Assembly: GCF_963853765.1 (NCBI RefSeq)
Contig: NC_088856.1
Span: forward strand, 38,936,001 to 39,000,000
Source of the DNA: Magallana gigas
Lineage: Eukaryota
Reading direction: 5' to 3'
Length of the DNA stretch: 64,000 bases
Part shown: positions 13,501-24,330 of the stretch, one piece after another
Layout: each line of letters starts with the position of its first letter
Numbering within the stretch: the stretch's first letter is position 1
Program-made: the position numbers and the translations under genes
The notes under the pieces: model-generated
Database searches by the model: none
What the model saw: only the letters and a program-made list of their open reading frames with translations
What the model was told of the DNA's origin: nothing

Positions 13501-14348
13501 AATTGTGTGAGAGCATGTTCCATGTTGTTAACACTCATTCGAGTTAATGTTTAACATTAATAGTCCAAAGTATTCAAACCCACAATTTAGAAAACGTTTG
13601 GAAAGCGTTTATGAAGTGATACATGTGTCATGACAGATATTCTTTATTTTTAGCGGTCTTAAAACTTTCAATATTGGCTCAATTTACAGAAAATAGGTTA
13701 TTGAAACAAAATGATAGATGTAGAAATATCAAGTGTGGAATAACATATGTGTAATTCATCCAATACCTGTTATCTAGTACACACCAATAGCAGGACATAG
13801 CGAAGTTACGTAGGGTCCTCGCCAAAATTCTACATACATGGAACTTCTTATTCAAATGTTCGAAGTTCGGATATACATGTAATAACAAACCCACATTTTA
13901 GATACGTGTATGTACTTATCGTTTCTCTTATTAACCTAGACATGTAATTATTATACTGTAAATACTTTCTATAGATTGTCAATCGTTTATTTATAAATCT
14001 AAATTTATTTACACGTATATATTTTAAACATACACATTCATGTCATTACATACAAACATTGCAACTCTGAATCGTACAAAAACAGATTCAGACATTGTAA
14101 TGGAATAAGATCTCATCCTAGTTGTTAAAGAATTATATCCTAAGGGTTAAATACATGTTACCAATACACATATTGCATATTGGACCTCCAGTTTGATAAA
14201 GACATGTGCACGAAAGATTCAATTTAGGAGCAAACACTTAAGTATGTATATTACTGTCGTATGACATATCACGTTTTCATTAAAAGTCAACCAGAACAAT
14301 TATACATTTTTGTTATACTGAGTTGTGTATTTTACTATTATACAGTTG

Positions 14349-14479
14349 TTGACTGGGTTTAAGGGCAACTGTAGGCGAATAGTGGACTGGGTTGCCAACT
14401 GTTGCCGAAAGTCCAAAGTCCGCGGGAAAAGTTTGTGAGCCGGTATGACAGATCAAATGTTGCCCTCGAACACAGTCAA
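14349..14479. mobile_element. Short inverted-repeat (hairpin) interspersed element, also present in the duplicated unit at 39678-39807
   Basis: TTGACTGGGTTTAAGGGCAAC ... GTTGCCCTCGAACACAGTCAA, a 21-bp imperfect IR around a GC-richer core. Confidence 0.55.
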
Positions 14480-16066
14480 GAACTGTTTTTTTTATACCAC
14501 TACTAATTTAATGACTTTTAACAGTGACAATCAAACAATCTACATGCTGGACTTTTTTGTACATAGAAGGGTATAACAAGGGTATAACAAATTCCTCTAT
14601 TGAGAAACAATTATTCAAATTTTTACCTGTTGAAAGTATATTGACCAGTCAATATATTTGTTTAGTTTTGACCAGCTAGGAAAAGTATCCTATGGATGTC
14701 TCCACTTTTTCAGTAATTTCATTCTTATTTGTAGGTCCGTTGAATGAAACAAAAAAAAACCCGCTGCGATTCGAAAAAAGTGACGTTTTGGGGGCAAACA
14801 GTTAAGCTGGTAAGAAACAAAAAAAGTTGGTTATTTTTAACATGAGTATAAAGAGAAAGAAATTAATAACTTTTCACAAGTGTTAAATCTAATTTCAAAG
14901 CAGGTATTGAACGTTCTATTTATAGTTAATCAAAATATTTAGTCTATAAAAGTTGTTCAGTTATTGCATTTACTCAGGGATAAAAATATATATATATCTT
15001 TGCTGTCTTTATTAAGAGGCACAAGCTCAGCATTACAATGCTGCTTCCTCATTTTATGACAGTCCTTCTGAAAGGCATATCTCTTTTAAGTAATTAAAGA
15101 ATGATGGAATATTCTACAAAACAATATTAAAACATTTCACATTATTTTCAGAGATTTTATTAAAGTTGCAGTCAACATTTCCATTCAAATAATGTTAAAG
15201 TGGTCCATAAGTCAAGCATATTATTTAATATGATTGTGTATATTATATTTACATCATTCATTCTCTTGTTTAGCTGTTCTTTAAGCTGAAAAGGTAACAA
15301 GCAGGTTTAAACATTTAGTTGTTGAAGCTTTGTACATGAAAGAAGCCAACAACAATATGCTTCCATTGTATTTTGAATGACAAAAAATACTTACATTCCA
15401 TATGTTTTCAACATTGTCACATCAAAAAGCAAGTGTATAATATGTTTCGTTTGTTTACAATATACACCCTGACATTTTTTTTTCATACATACATTTTTAC
15501 ATAATGCATTATTTAAAAGCTTGTAACTGCTACTTGTTTATATTCAATATTTCTAATCATGCATTCATAAACATGTTTTTTTTCTAATGTTTCCCACCGT
15601 AAATTCCAAATCAATTACAGTCTTGATTTAAAACAGAGTGAACAGACACATTTTATATATCATTTAAAACATTTAAAACTAACTTATATGTTTAATTGAG
15701 ATGGTTTCATTTTCATGCAACGTGTTTTTTTTTTATTTCTGTGTTACATTTCTGCATTCACAATCACCAGTAATAACAGCTAAATAGTCATTACTACTAT
15801 CAACTTAACCCAAAAACCGTGTCATATAGATATTAGTTCATGTTTTCATTGATGTTCTTACCAAATCTCTAGTTAAATAGTTTAAAAAGCTATTATCATC
15901 AAGAAATTATTAGCCATATTCCACTGGATATGCATTCAATTAGGTTTTATAAAACTCGCCAAAATACACACTTGCACCATGTTACGTAAATAATTTCTTT
16001 TGAAGCTTTCAGTTTAAGCTGATGGCTTTTAAATTTATTCAAACATTTCCATTTTGTTAGTCATTG

Positions 16067-19000
16067 TCAGATTGATGAACCTTCTACCGTAGATAAAACT
16101 GTTATATTCAAAATTTCTTCATAATGTACTGGTTCTTGCATGCTGTCACCTGGAAGATTTTCTTTATTATGACAATTCAATATACACCTTTGTGAACATT
16201 TCTTACGTATCTGTTTATATGCAAAAACAATCATAAGTGTTATCAAAATCAAGCTAACTACAGAAACAACCATTATTGACATGCTATTTGTATTGAACAG
16301 TGTACCTAATATGCCATGGAGCAAGGTTTCTTTAGGTTTGCTTATCTCAACATTTTTATTTTCCATCTCAATAGTCTTATTATCCATCTCAGCAGTTTTA
16401 CTATCCATCTCAACAGTATTCTTCTCCATTTCAACAGTCTTATTATCCATTTCACCAGTCTTTTTATCCATCTCAACAGTATTATTATCAATCTCAACAG
16501 TCTTATTGTCCGTCCCTGACATGAGAACGGAAGTTATGACGTACATGGTCGTTGTCTTGTCTAAAAATAATTGAAACTTTTTAAATTAAAGACTGTATAC
16601 AGTATTACACTATGTTTTTTTCTTTTGCATACTAAAGGTTGTCAGTATAAAAGGCTATGTAAAAAAAAAAACCATTGCATTTGAAGTATTATCATAATGA
16701 ATATTTTTATGGGATTTTATGTTGTCGATTTTTTTTATCTTCATCAGCTTAAAAAGCATTTTATTTACTTTGATTATTTTTATATTATCTAAAAACAAAA
16801 GACTATATCTGTTGTATACGTATATGGGTGATAATCTATAACTACAAATATCCAACTTAGTTTGTGTGGAATTTTGTCTGATCTTGTAATAGCAAAAGAG
16901 TCGAACTGTATACTCTTAATTTATGAATACAATTATATATTTCCTTTTACAATGACATCAGACAAACCCACTTACTTGAACATCCAATCGCAATATCACA
17001 TTTTTCCAAAGGACAGTTGCACTTTTGCTGACAACCATTTCCAAAAAAAGGATACGTACAAGACTGACTGCAATTACCACCGAAATGCCCAGGCTTACAT
17101 CCTCAAAATATAACAAGATGAAAGCATATAATTTATGATATTAATACATGTTGGTAGGATGATATATTTGCTCCATATCATAGAATCATTAGGTAAATTT
17201 AAAAATGCCAATTGGTAATGTAAAACGTATTTTTATTAAGGGATATATTGGGGATGGCAACCGATTGCACAAGCTCTTAGATGTTAATTGCATTTCGTTC
17301 CAACTAATTAACCGTTTCTTGTATAAAAAAACATAGATTTTTGACATATGTGTACAATTACTTTAACTTATCTTAACAATGATCACTATACAAATAGTCA
17401 TTAAATATTTTTCCATGATTTTGTGGTCAGTTTAACTTCTTAAATTAAAAATATTCAAATTTTGTCCAAAACAAGGTTTACATTTGAATCTTCGTTTAAA
17501 ATAATATATATAGATAATATATTTGGATCTCATACATCATGCGCCTGTTCTAGTGAATTGCATTTTATGTAATGGATTAATGCCATGTTAAATGAAAACT
17601 TTAAGGTAAAATTAACACATTCAACGTACTAGTACCTGTAGCTGTAACGGACTCAACAGTGCTTGTTCCATTTGTTGACAATGAATGAAAAGTTAAGTAA
17701 AACAGGCAAGCACCTATTGTTGTTATAACATACAGGAACACCCATTACCTTCCACGATCTAAGCACTGGGACTTGAACAGTCTTTAATTTAACTTGATTA
17801 GAGAACAGCTTCGAAATTTAAAAATCAAAATTTCAATGAAATTGTGGTTAAAGGTATATCATTTTTATAGTATACGAGTAACCAATTACTATTTTTGTAA
17901 CCGGCTACTATCGTTCCAATCGAGTAATTGCTTGGTTCGAAATTGCCATCCCTAACATAATGTTTTATTAAGAAACTTACCTGAACAGTTTTTAGAGGTA
18001 CCGTAAAGGTTAAAAGCGGATTCCTGATAGCATTTTAGTGATGTTTTCCTGTGGATTAATGATTATTATTTTTAAAAAGAATAGATAGAATATAATAATG
18101 TATAAGTATAATATGATATGGGATTTCAGTAAAACGTTTCCATAAAAAAGTCGAGGTTATCAAAAATTATTTTAAAAAAAACCAATATGAAGAGAAATTG
18201 CGAGACTATCGGTGATATATTTTGCATAACACTGTCTTTAAAACGTTAGGTACATTGTTCCTGCGTTGTCAACAGAATTGTCATGAAAACAATATCTCAT
18301 TCAGTTTTATCATATTTCAAAAATCATGTTTGATATATCCCATTCAACAAACGAGGATAATACATGTTTTAATGATGACTATGCATGTTCCTTTTTTTTC
18401 AAGTACATGTATATCAACCAATACAATGTATTTTAATTAATTTTGTGTTTTTTCAAAGCGATGTTTTCATCCATATAATGTTGTTGAATTATGATCACAA
18501 AAAGGTGAACACATTCCAAGACCTGGATTAACGTTCAAGTTTTGGGTTTTTGATGTATTCAACGTATAAATATATTCGTAAAAGAGAAACACTAATATAG
18601 GTTTTCACACTGATTATCAACTGTTTTCAACTATTACACATAATGCAATTGGATACTGATATTTAGCATATAATTTGTATAAAATACAGGATTTTTGCAC
18701 CTCTGATATGAACACAGACAGGAGCTTTATCACACATCCTATATCATTACCTAATATTTCCCCCTTTATCACACCAAAAAGTTTCTTTCACATCCCTGGA
18801 ACACCTTTGCACTTTTCAATCGGAGTTCTTCTGATTTTTTTGGAAGCAGACGACGTCTTAAATTGTAAACAAATGCGATAGAGAAACGTTCTGCAAAAGA
18901 GTTCGAAATGGGAGAGATAACTTGAGAAATATTGGCTTGGAGAATCGGACGAAATAATAGGGTCAGAAAATTCTAGGGAAGACTATGTTATGAATATGCG

Positions 19001-22000
19001 AAATCCTATCACTTTTAAAAACACAATTACAGATGTAAACAAGGTTGTAAGCTGGCTGCAAAGTAAAAATGAAACTCGAAACTTTTGTGATATCCCTCCA
19101 GGGTAGATGAATGCCTACTTGGCCCAGTTTTTTTTAAGACTGCAAACAAACAGAATAGAGACCAGTATGAACCTGACACCCTTAAGTCAGTTCAATGCAG
19201 CATCAATCGTTCTTTGGATGAAAAGAGTTCGACTGTCAGTATAATTGAAGATAGGGGGTTCAAACATTCACGAGATGTGTTGCTGTCCACGAGCAGACCC
19301 CTTAACCCAACATGAAATTGACATTCTGTATTCCAAACATTTTCTCGGTGAAGGTATATAGGTTTATTTAAGGCATGCTAATTTTAGAATAGATAATCAC
19401 CTTCAAAGGGACATAAGTCATTTTTATGTGTTATTTACAGCAAATCCAAAGGCTTTAAGTAACACTGCCTGTCTAAAAAACTCAATGTACTTTGGTAAGC
19501 GTTCAAGAACTAAACATGTTATTCTTAGAACGAGAGACATTGAGCTGAAAGAAACATCAAAAGGTGACATATTCTTATAGTTGTATGAGAGAGCAACAAA
19601 AATACGCACGGAAGTGAAAGGGGACACTAGAACATTATTCCCTTAATGTTTTAAGACAAAGGTAAATATTTCGATAATTTTTATTTGCTCATCATTGTTA
19701 ATTTCAAATCTGAATTTGAACTGAAAGTATGAATTGTGTGTAGGTAACCCGATATGTCCGGTAGCGATGTACGTCTGATACAAATACAAAAGGCCCGATA
19801 AAATGCAAACCAAAGACTCGCCTTTCTATGTTGGAATAAACAGGAAACCGACGGGCAATTCGTGGTATCTGTCATAACATATGAGTAAAACCACACTAGG
19901 AAACATCATAAAGTTAATGTATGAATAAGCCTGTACACAAGGCCGAAAGGTTAACCATAGCATTAGAAAGACCGCCATTACAATTTTTGCACATGCAGAG
20001 ATTCCGTCAACTCTATTACATCAGCATTCTGGCCATAAAAACCCTTGCCTCGATTAACAATAACATTACTGCTTCTATCAATCAACAAAAAGGGATGCTA
20101 CTTAGCAGTTTTTCGGAAGGAGCCACAACAGAGGCATCAGAGAAAATCAACAACGATGTACACGAGGTGAACAATAATCTACCGGCGCTGAACAATGTTC
20201 TTTAAGAAATTGGGAACTACGAATTTCACAATGACTTTGTGAATAAACTTGTATGTCTCTGCATCGGTTTCACTTACCAAACTCTAAAGGTTATTTACCA
20301 GTGCAACGATTAATGGAAACGTAACAATCAATTTTGGGAAAGAATGAACCGTCGTAATAGGTAAGTGTTTTAGACAGTTTATTCTTGTTTTTACCTTTCT
20401 TCAAACTTGAATTTATTTAATGAAATAATTGTTACACTATAAATATATTATTTTTTTTAATTTGTGCTAGGCCCATGCCTCTTGGATAAATCAACAGCAA
20501 CAACAAAAGAGGATATTTAATAAAATAAGAATACACAAACATTTACACATTTTATTCAGATGAACATAATACCTATAGTGTCTTTAAACAAAAAGAAAGT
20601 TAATTTGCTTCCCTATTACATTTGTAGTTATTATTTCAATTATAAAATATAAAAAAAATTAATACATGAACATCTATATTACACTCCGTATCAACCCTCG
20701 ACCAATACCAGATGTTTGCATATCCCAGTTTATATCGAATAAGTTTAAGTGATTCTCCACCAAAACTATATTTCTAAATCACCATTTGAATTTCTTGTTT
20801 TTCTTTTTTTCAGATTTTAGCATAAATTATGTACTATATACTATAGATATTTTGTATTGATGCACAAAAGACGGTCAGCCAATATCTGTGTATATGCAAA
20901 AATGTATCAACCCTCGATCAATATCAGTCCTTGGGCTGATATTGGAGTCTCGAGGTAACATGTAATATTAGGTGTGATACAGATTTACCATTTATCATTC
21001 TCTAAATATTTTACGCTAATATTATTATTATATATATATATATATATTTAAGTATGCGCAATATGTTTTGGGCAACCCAAAGAATTTTACTCTTTTTTAA
21101 CATTACTGGGGACAATTTATATATTGTATAAGGAATCAAGCTTTATATGTCTTCGTGGAAGATAAAAGAGCCTCTTGCCAAATTGTTAACATGTGTTTGG
21201 CAAAATTTGCTCAAGAAAGTATAGCAATGCGTGTCCATATTCAGAGGAAAAGTTGAGGCTTTTTTATGCTAGACCATGCCAGCGTTAATTTGCAACATAA
21301 CCTCACAACTAAGTTGCTGATGGATGTATGAACCCCTTTAAAGCCGATAAACATCTTTGTCAATGTTGTTGAAGAGAAAATGTTCCCCTATAATAGAACT
21401 TTGAAATAGCATTTGGTTCATTTCATTCACTGATCGATATGGTGTGACACAAGTTCTTATTTTGTACAGCATATCGAGAAAATCGACATAATAAGTGAAC
21501 AGAAACAAGTATGAAAAGGGGAATTAACTGACCAGAAAATCAGAGTTCGAGAAGTTATTTAGTTATATGGATAACCAAGACATATTGCCCCATGACACAG
21601 TTTAATTTGCTTTCTTCCTAAAATCAAAGCCCGGGAATATGTGTCAATTTAGGATTAGCCTTACGCTGCTTATGAAAGAAACACACACCAAGGTAATGAT
21701 AGGGAGACATGCATATTTAAGCATGCCCATTTTACCATACACAGTCGAGATGGGATAAAATAAATCAAATGATGGTTGTTTGTTGCTGGAACTAATGACT
21801 TTACTTTAGTTCCAGCAACACCTTTGTATGTAAATGTAAACGTGCCTACTTCCCGGGTAAAGACATTTGCAAATTTCAAATCATAATCTTATCACTCAAA
21901 AAAGATTGTATAAATAACATATTATATACTGTAGCTTAATAAGGGAAAACAAATTTCCAAAAAAAAAAGCTGGTGGAGTTTTTTCTATTAATACAAGTGT

Positions 22001-24330
22001 TCAAATTGGATTCTCAGTTACATCATTAGTACTGAAATTATGATATTCAAACATTTTCCCCATTTAAGAGGCCTTTGGTTGTCTATATACAGAATAAAGA
22101 AATTTGGTTGTTAGTATACACCAATATGAAAGGCCATTTTGACAAAATTAACGTCATTTTCATGAAGACCAACACATTCCATCAAACTTAGCACAACCTA
22201 ATTATGATAGATATGTTTGCTAGACCAATTCGTTATTTTGTATTGTTATTTCTTTCCATCAAAGAGACTCTGAGACAAAAAATGATGAAATCTGGCTGTC
22301 CACCATCAATCTCTCACCAGAGGGCGAATTACGCTGCGCTACAACACCTCTGTAAACGTCTAAATGCCAAGGATCTTGACAAAACCCATTCTCAATCATG
22401 ATATTATAAATTATAGTTTTAAATGTATTCAGTCTACATTTCGATGTTAAAGCCTCGCTAAAACTATTGAAATAAAAAAATTTGTACCGGTAAATCACGG
22501 TAACAAACAAAGAACTATTTCTCGGAGTAATACTCCATTACCAATGTTTTCGTGGCACTACTTTTTAGACGTTAACAGAGGTACCGGTATAAGTGGAGCG
22601 AAGCAGGAACGATAACTCTGGGTAGAGATTGGTCCACCATTTTTAACTATTTATCGCGATCAACATTTTTTGTTTGACTCAGCACACTTTAGATAAAATG
22701 CTATGCTGAACGATTGTATAATCGTTTGTTGCCTTAATTTTTAAGACTTAAGAGAATTATAGAATTTGTCTGTCGACCAATTTGACCGCCATTTTGACCT
22801 AATAAACGCCATTTATGTCATAGTAAGCATATTTTTCAGACTAAGCACGCCTGAATTAATATGCAAAAATAATTTTGCTGGATTGAATTATTACTGTTTT
22901 TTATGCACGCGGGCATGTTAAAGTATGGATTTTACAGCGATGTGTAGAAAGTCACTTGTCACTACTTCATACGAAATGACGTCATAATTAACTTTGACGT
23001 CACGATCTGCATTCCTGTCGATAGTTCTTAGGGAATGTATCTTAACGCTAAAAGTGAATATTATATCAAAAATATAAATCCGCATGTTTCCTTTACGTAG
23101 GTGATGCCATTACATGTAATGCTAGACGTACAGAATTCATTCATATTAAAAATCAGTATCAAATAATCGGCAGTTTTAAAGCTTCGTTTTAAGTTTAAAG
23201 ACTATTTATAAACTATGGTTTGGAGACTCTCCCTGCTACGTGTAAACAACTGAATGAAGAAATTTTAATGCATGTAAAACCAGCTTGGCGCAGGTGAAAG
23301 ATCAACACAATTTTAGAATATTTTACGTAAAATTGGTAGAGAATATAAGTACCAATATGAATATTGCTTGTGAAACCTACGGATTTACATCGCTTTTGAT
23401 TAGTAAAAATGTGCATTATTTGATTGATTTTGTGGAATGTTCCAACAATATTTTCCATTAACGAAATATCTATTTCTTTCCCAAGCAAGAACTTCAGTGT
23501 ATATGAAATAACAAAGGATTTTTCTTAAAAATATGTATGATTTAATGCCATTTAATGTCATTAATCACCTGCGCCGATGCGATTTAAATAGATCATTTGC
23601 AAGGATTCGCCCGTCACGTGATTAAAAAGAACATATGACGTAACAAAAATGCATCAAATATAATTTAAACATCGGTGTCAATAAATGAAACATAGATTTT
23701 AAGAAATACCCTCGGTCAAAGTATTTTTGCGATGATTCAAATAATATCGTTTTCCAGCCGTAATTTAGCATCGTGACGCCTTAACATTGCTGCGCATATT
23801 CCCTAGTTTAAATTTTTGAAATTATAAAATATGGGTATTTGCCATTTTGTATCGCCATGTTTACCCAATTAACGCTTTTTTGGGAAGGCCAGCAAATTTT
23901 TTCAAACTTTGATATAGATATAATAAAATACTAAGCTGGATCATTTCATTATTGTTTGTCAATGATGAAAAAACTTTAAGAAAAAACTATAAAATTACGT
24001 TGTCCGCCATTTTGAATCGCCATTTTGAGCTACTTAACGTCATTTTCATGAAGGCCAGCATATTTTTTGGAATCAGCACACTTTAATTATGTTAAGAAAC
24101 CATGCTGGACCAAATAATAATTATTTGCCGTTAAAAGTTTGTTTTTCGACTAAATCGGACTAGACTATGATATATTGTTAAATAATGATTTACATGACGT
24201 AAGATTATTTAAAAAACTGAATTTAGTCTTACCCCTTTATGCTATTGCAGCAGGTTTCAGTCAATGCTAATGTCAGAATAATCAATATTGAAACATTTAT
24301 GGAAAACCAATTGTCCAAACGTACTCCCAT
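16067..24330 (-). CDS. Gene B1: EGF-module type-I membrane receptor with heptad-repeat stalk and ITIM-like motif (261 aa)
   Basis: Exons 24233-24330 (identical copy at 27955-28052), 17981-18048, 16976-17101, 16067-16560; GT-AG, phases 2/1/1, 786 nt, open. Protein: MGVRLDNWFSINVSILIILTLALTETCCNSIKG-KTSLKCYQESAFNLYGTSKNCS-GCKPGHFGGNCSQSCTYPFFGNGCQQKCNCPLEKCDIAIGCS-NKTTT...(DNKTVEM)x8...GTLFNTNSMSIMVVSVVSLILITLMIVFAYK...EPVHYEEILNITVLSTVEGSSI*. Confidence 0.8.
16343..16510 (-). repeat. Coding 21-bp tandem repeat x8 (heptad DNKTVEM) in the B1 stalk
   Basis: TCAACAGTCTTATTATCCATC-like units; translation DNKTVEI DNNTVEM DKKTGEM DNKTVEM EKNTVEM DSKTAEM DNKTIEM ENKNVEI. Confidence 0.9.
18944..20110 (+). 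pseudogene. Decayed Crypton-type tyrosine-recombinase transposon ORF (DUF3504/ZMYM-KCTD1-like), inside B1 intron 1, antisense to B1
   Basis: The + strand translates to NPITFKNT..WLQSKNETRNFCDIP..YLAQFFL..QYEPDTLKSVQCSINRSL..FKHSRDVL..ADPLTQHEIDILY..FLGE / MYFGKRS..LYERATKIR / CPVAMY..KRPD..DSPFYVGIN..WY..GRKVNHSIRKT..SGHKN.ASINN. It has several stops and frameshifts and two GT-AG introns (19354-19440, 19662-19743). Recognised from family motifs; no search was run. Confidence 0.8.
20689..20990. mobile_element. Probable terminal region of the Crypton-type element: hairpin plus direct repeat
   Basis: Hairpin CAATATCAGTCC-TT-GGGCTGATATTG (20919-20944) inside CCTCGA...TCGAGG; direct repeat TATCAACCCTCGA(C/T)CAATA at ~20689 and ~20905. 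Confidence 0.45.

Noticed and set aside
16343-16510. Heptad repeat as a coiled coil
   Set aside because: Hydrophobic residues (V, M) sit at i and i+2, not the a/d spacing, and the units carry sequons.
16281-16574. Plus-strand ORFs with LLSISTV repeats (also 16316-16519 and 41832-42104)
   Set aside because: Antisense shadows of the 21-bp coding repeat in the minus-strand B genes.
19681-20205. ORFs 19424-19627(-), 19681-19896(-) and 19921-20205(+) as independent genes
   Set aside because: They are antisense or frameshifted pieces of the decayed tyrosine-recombinase ORF.
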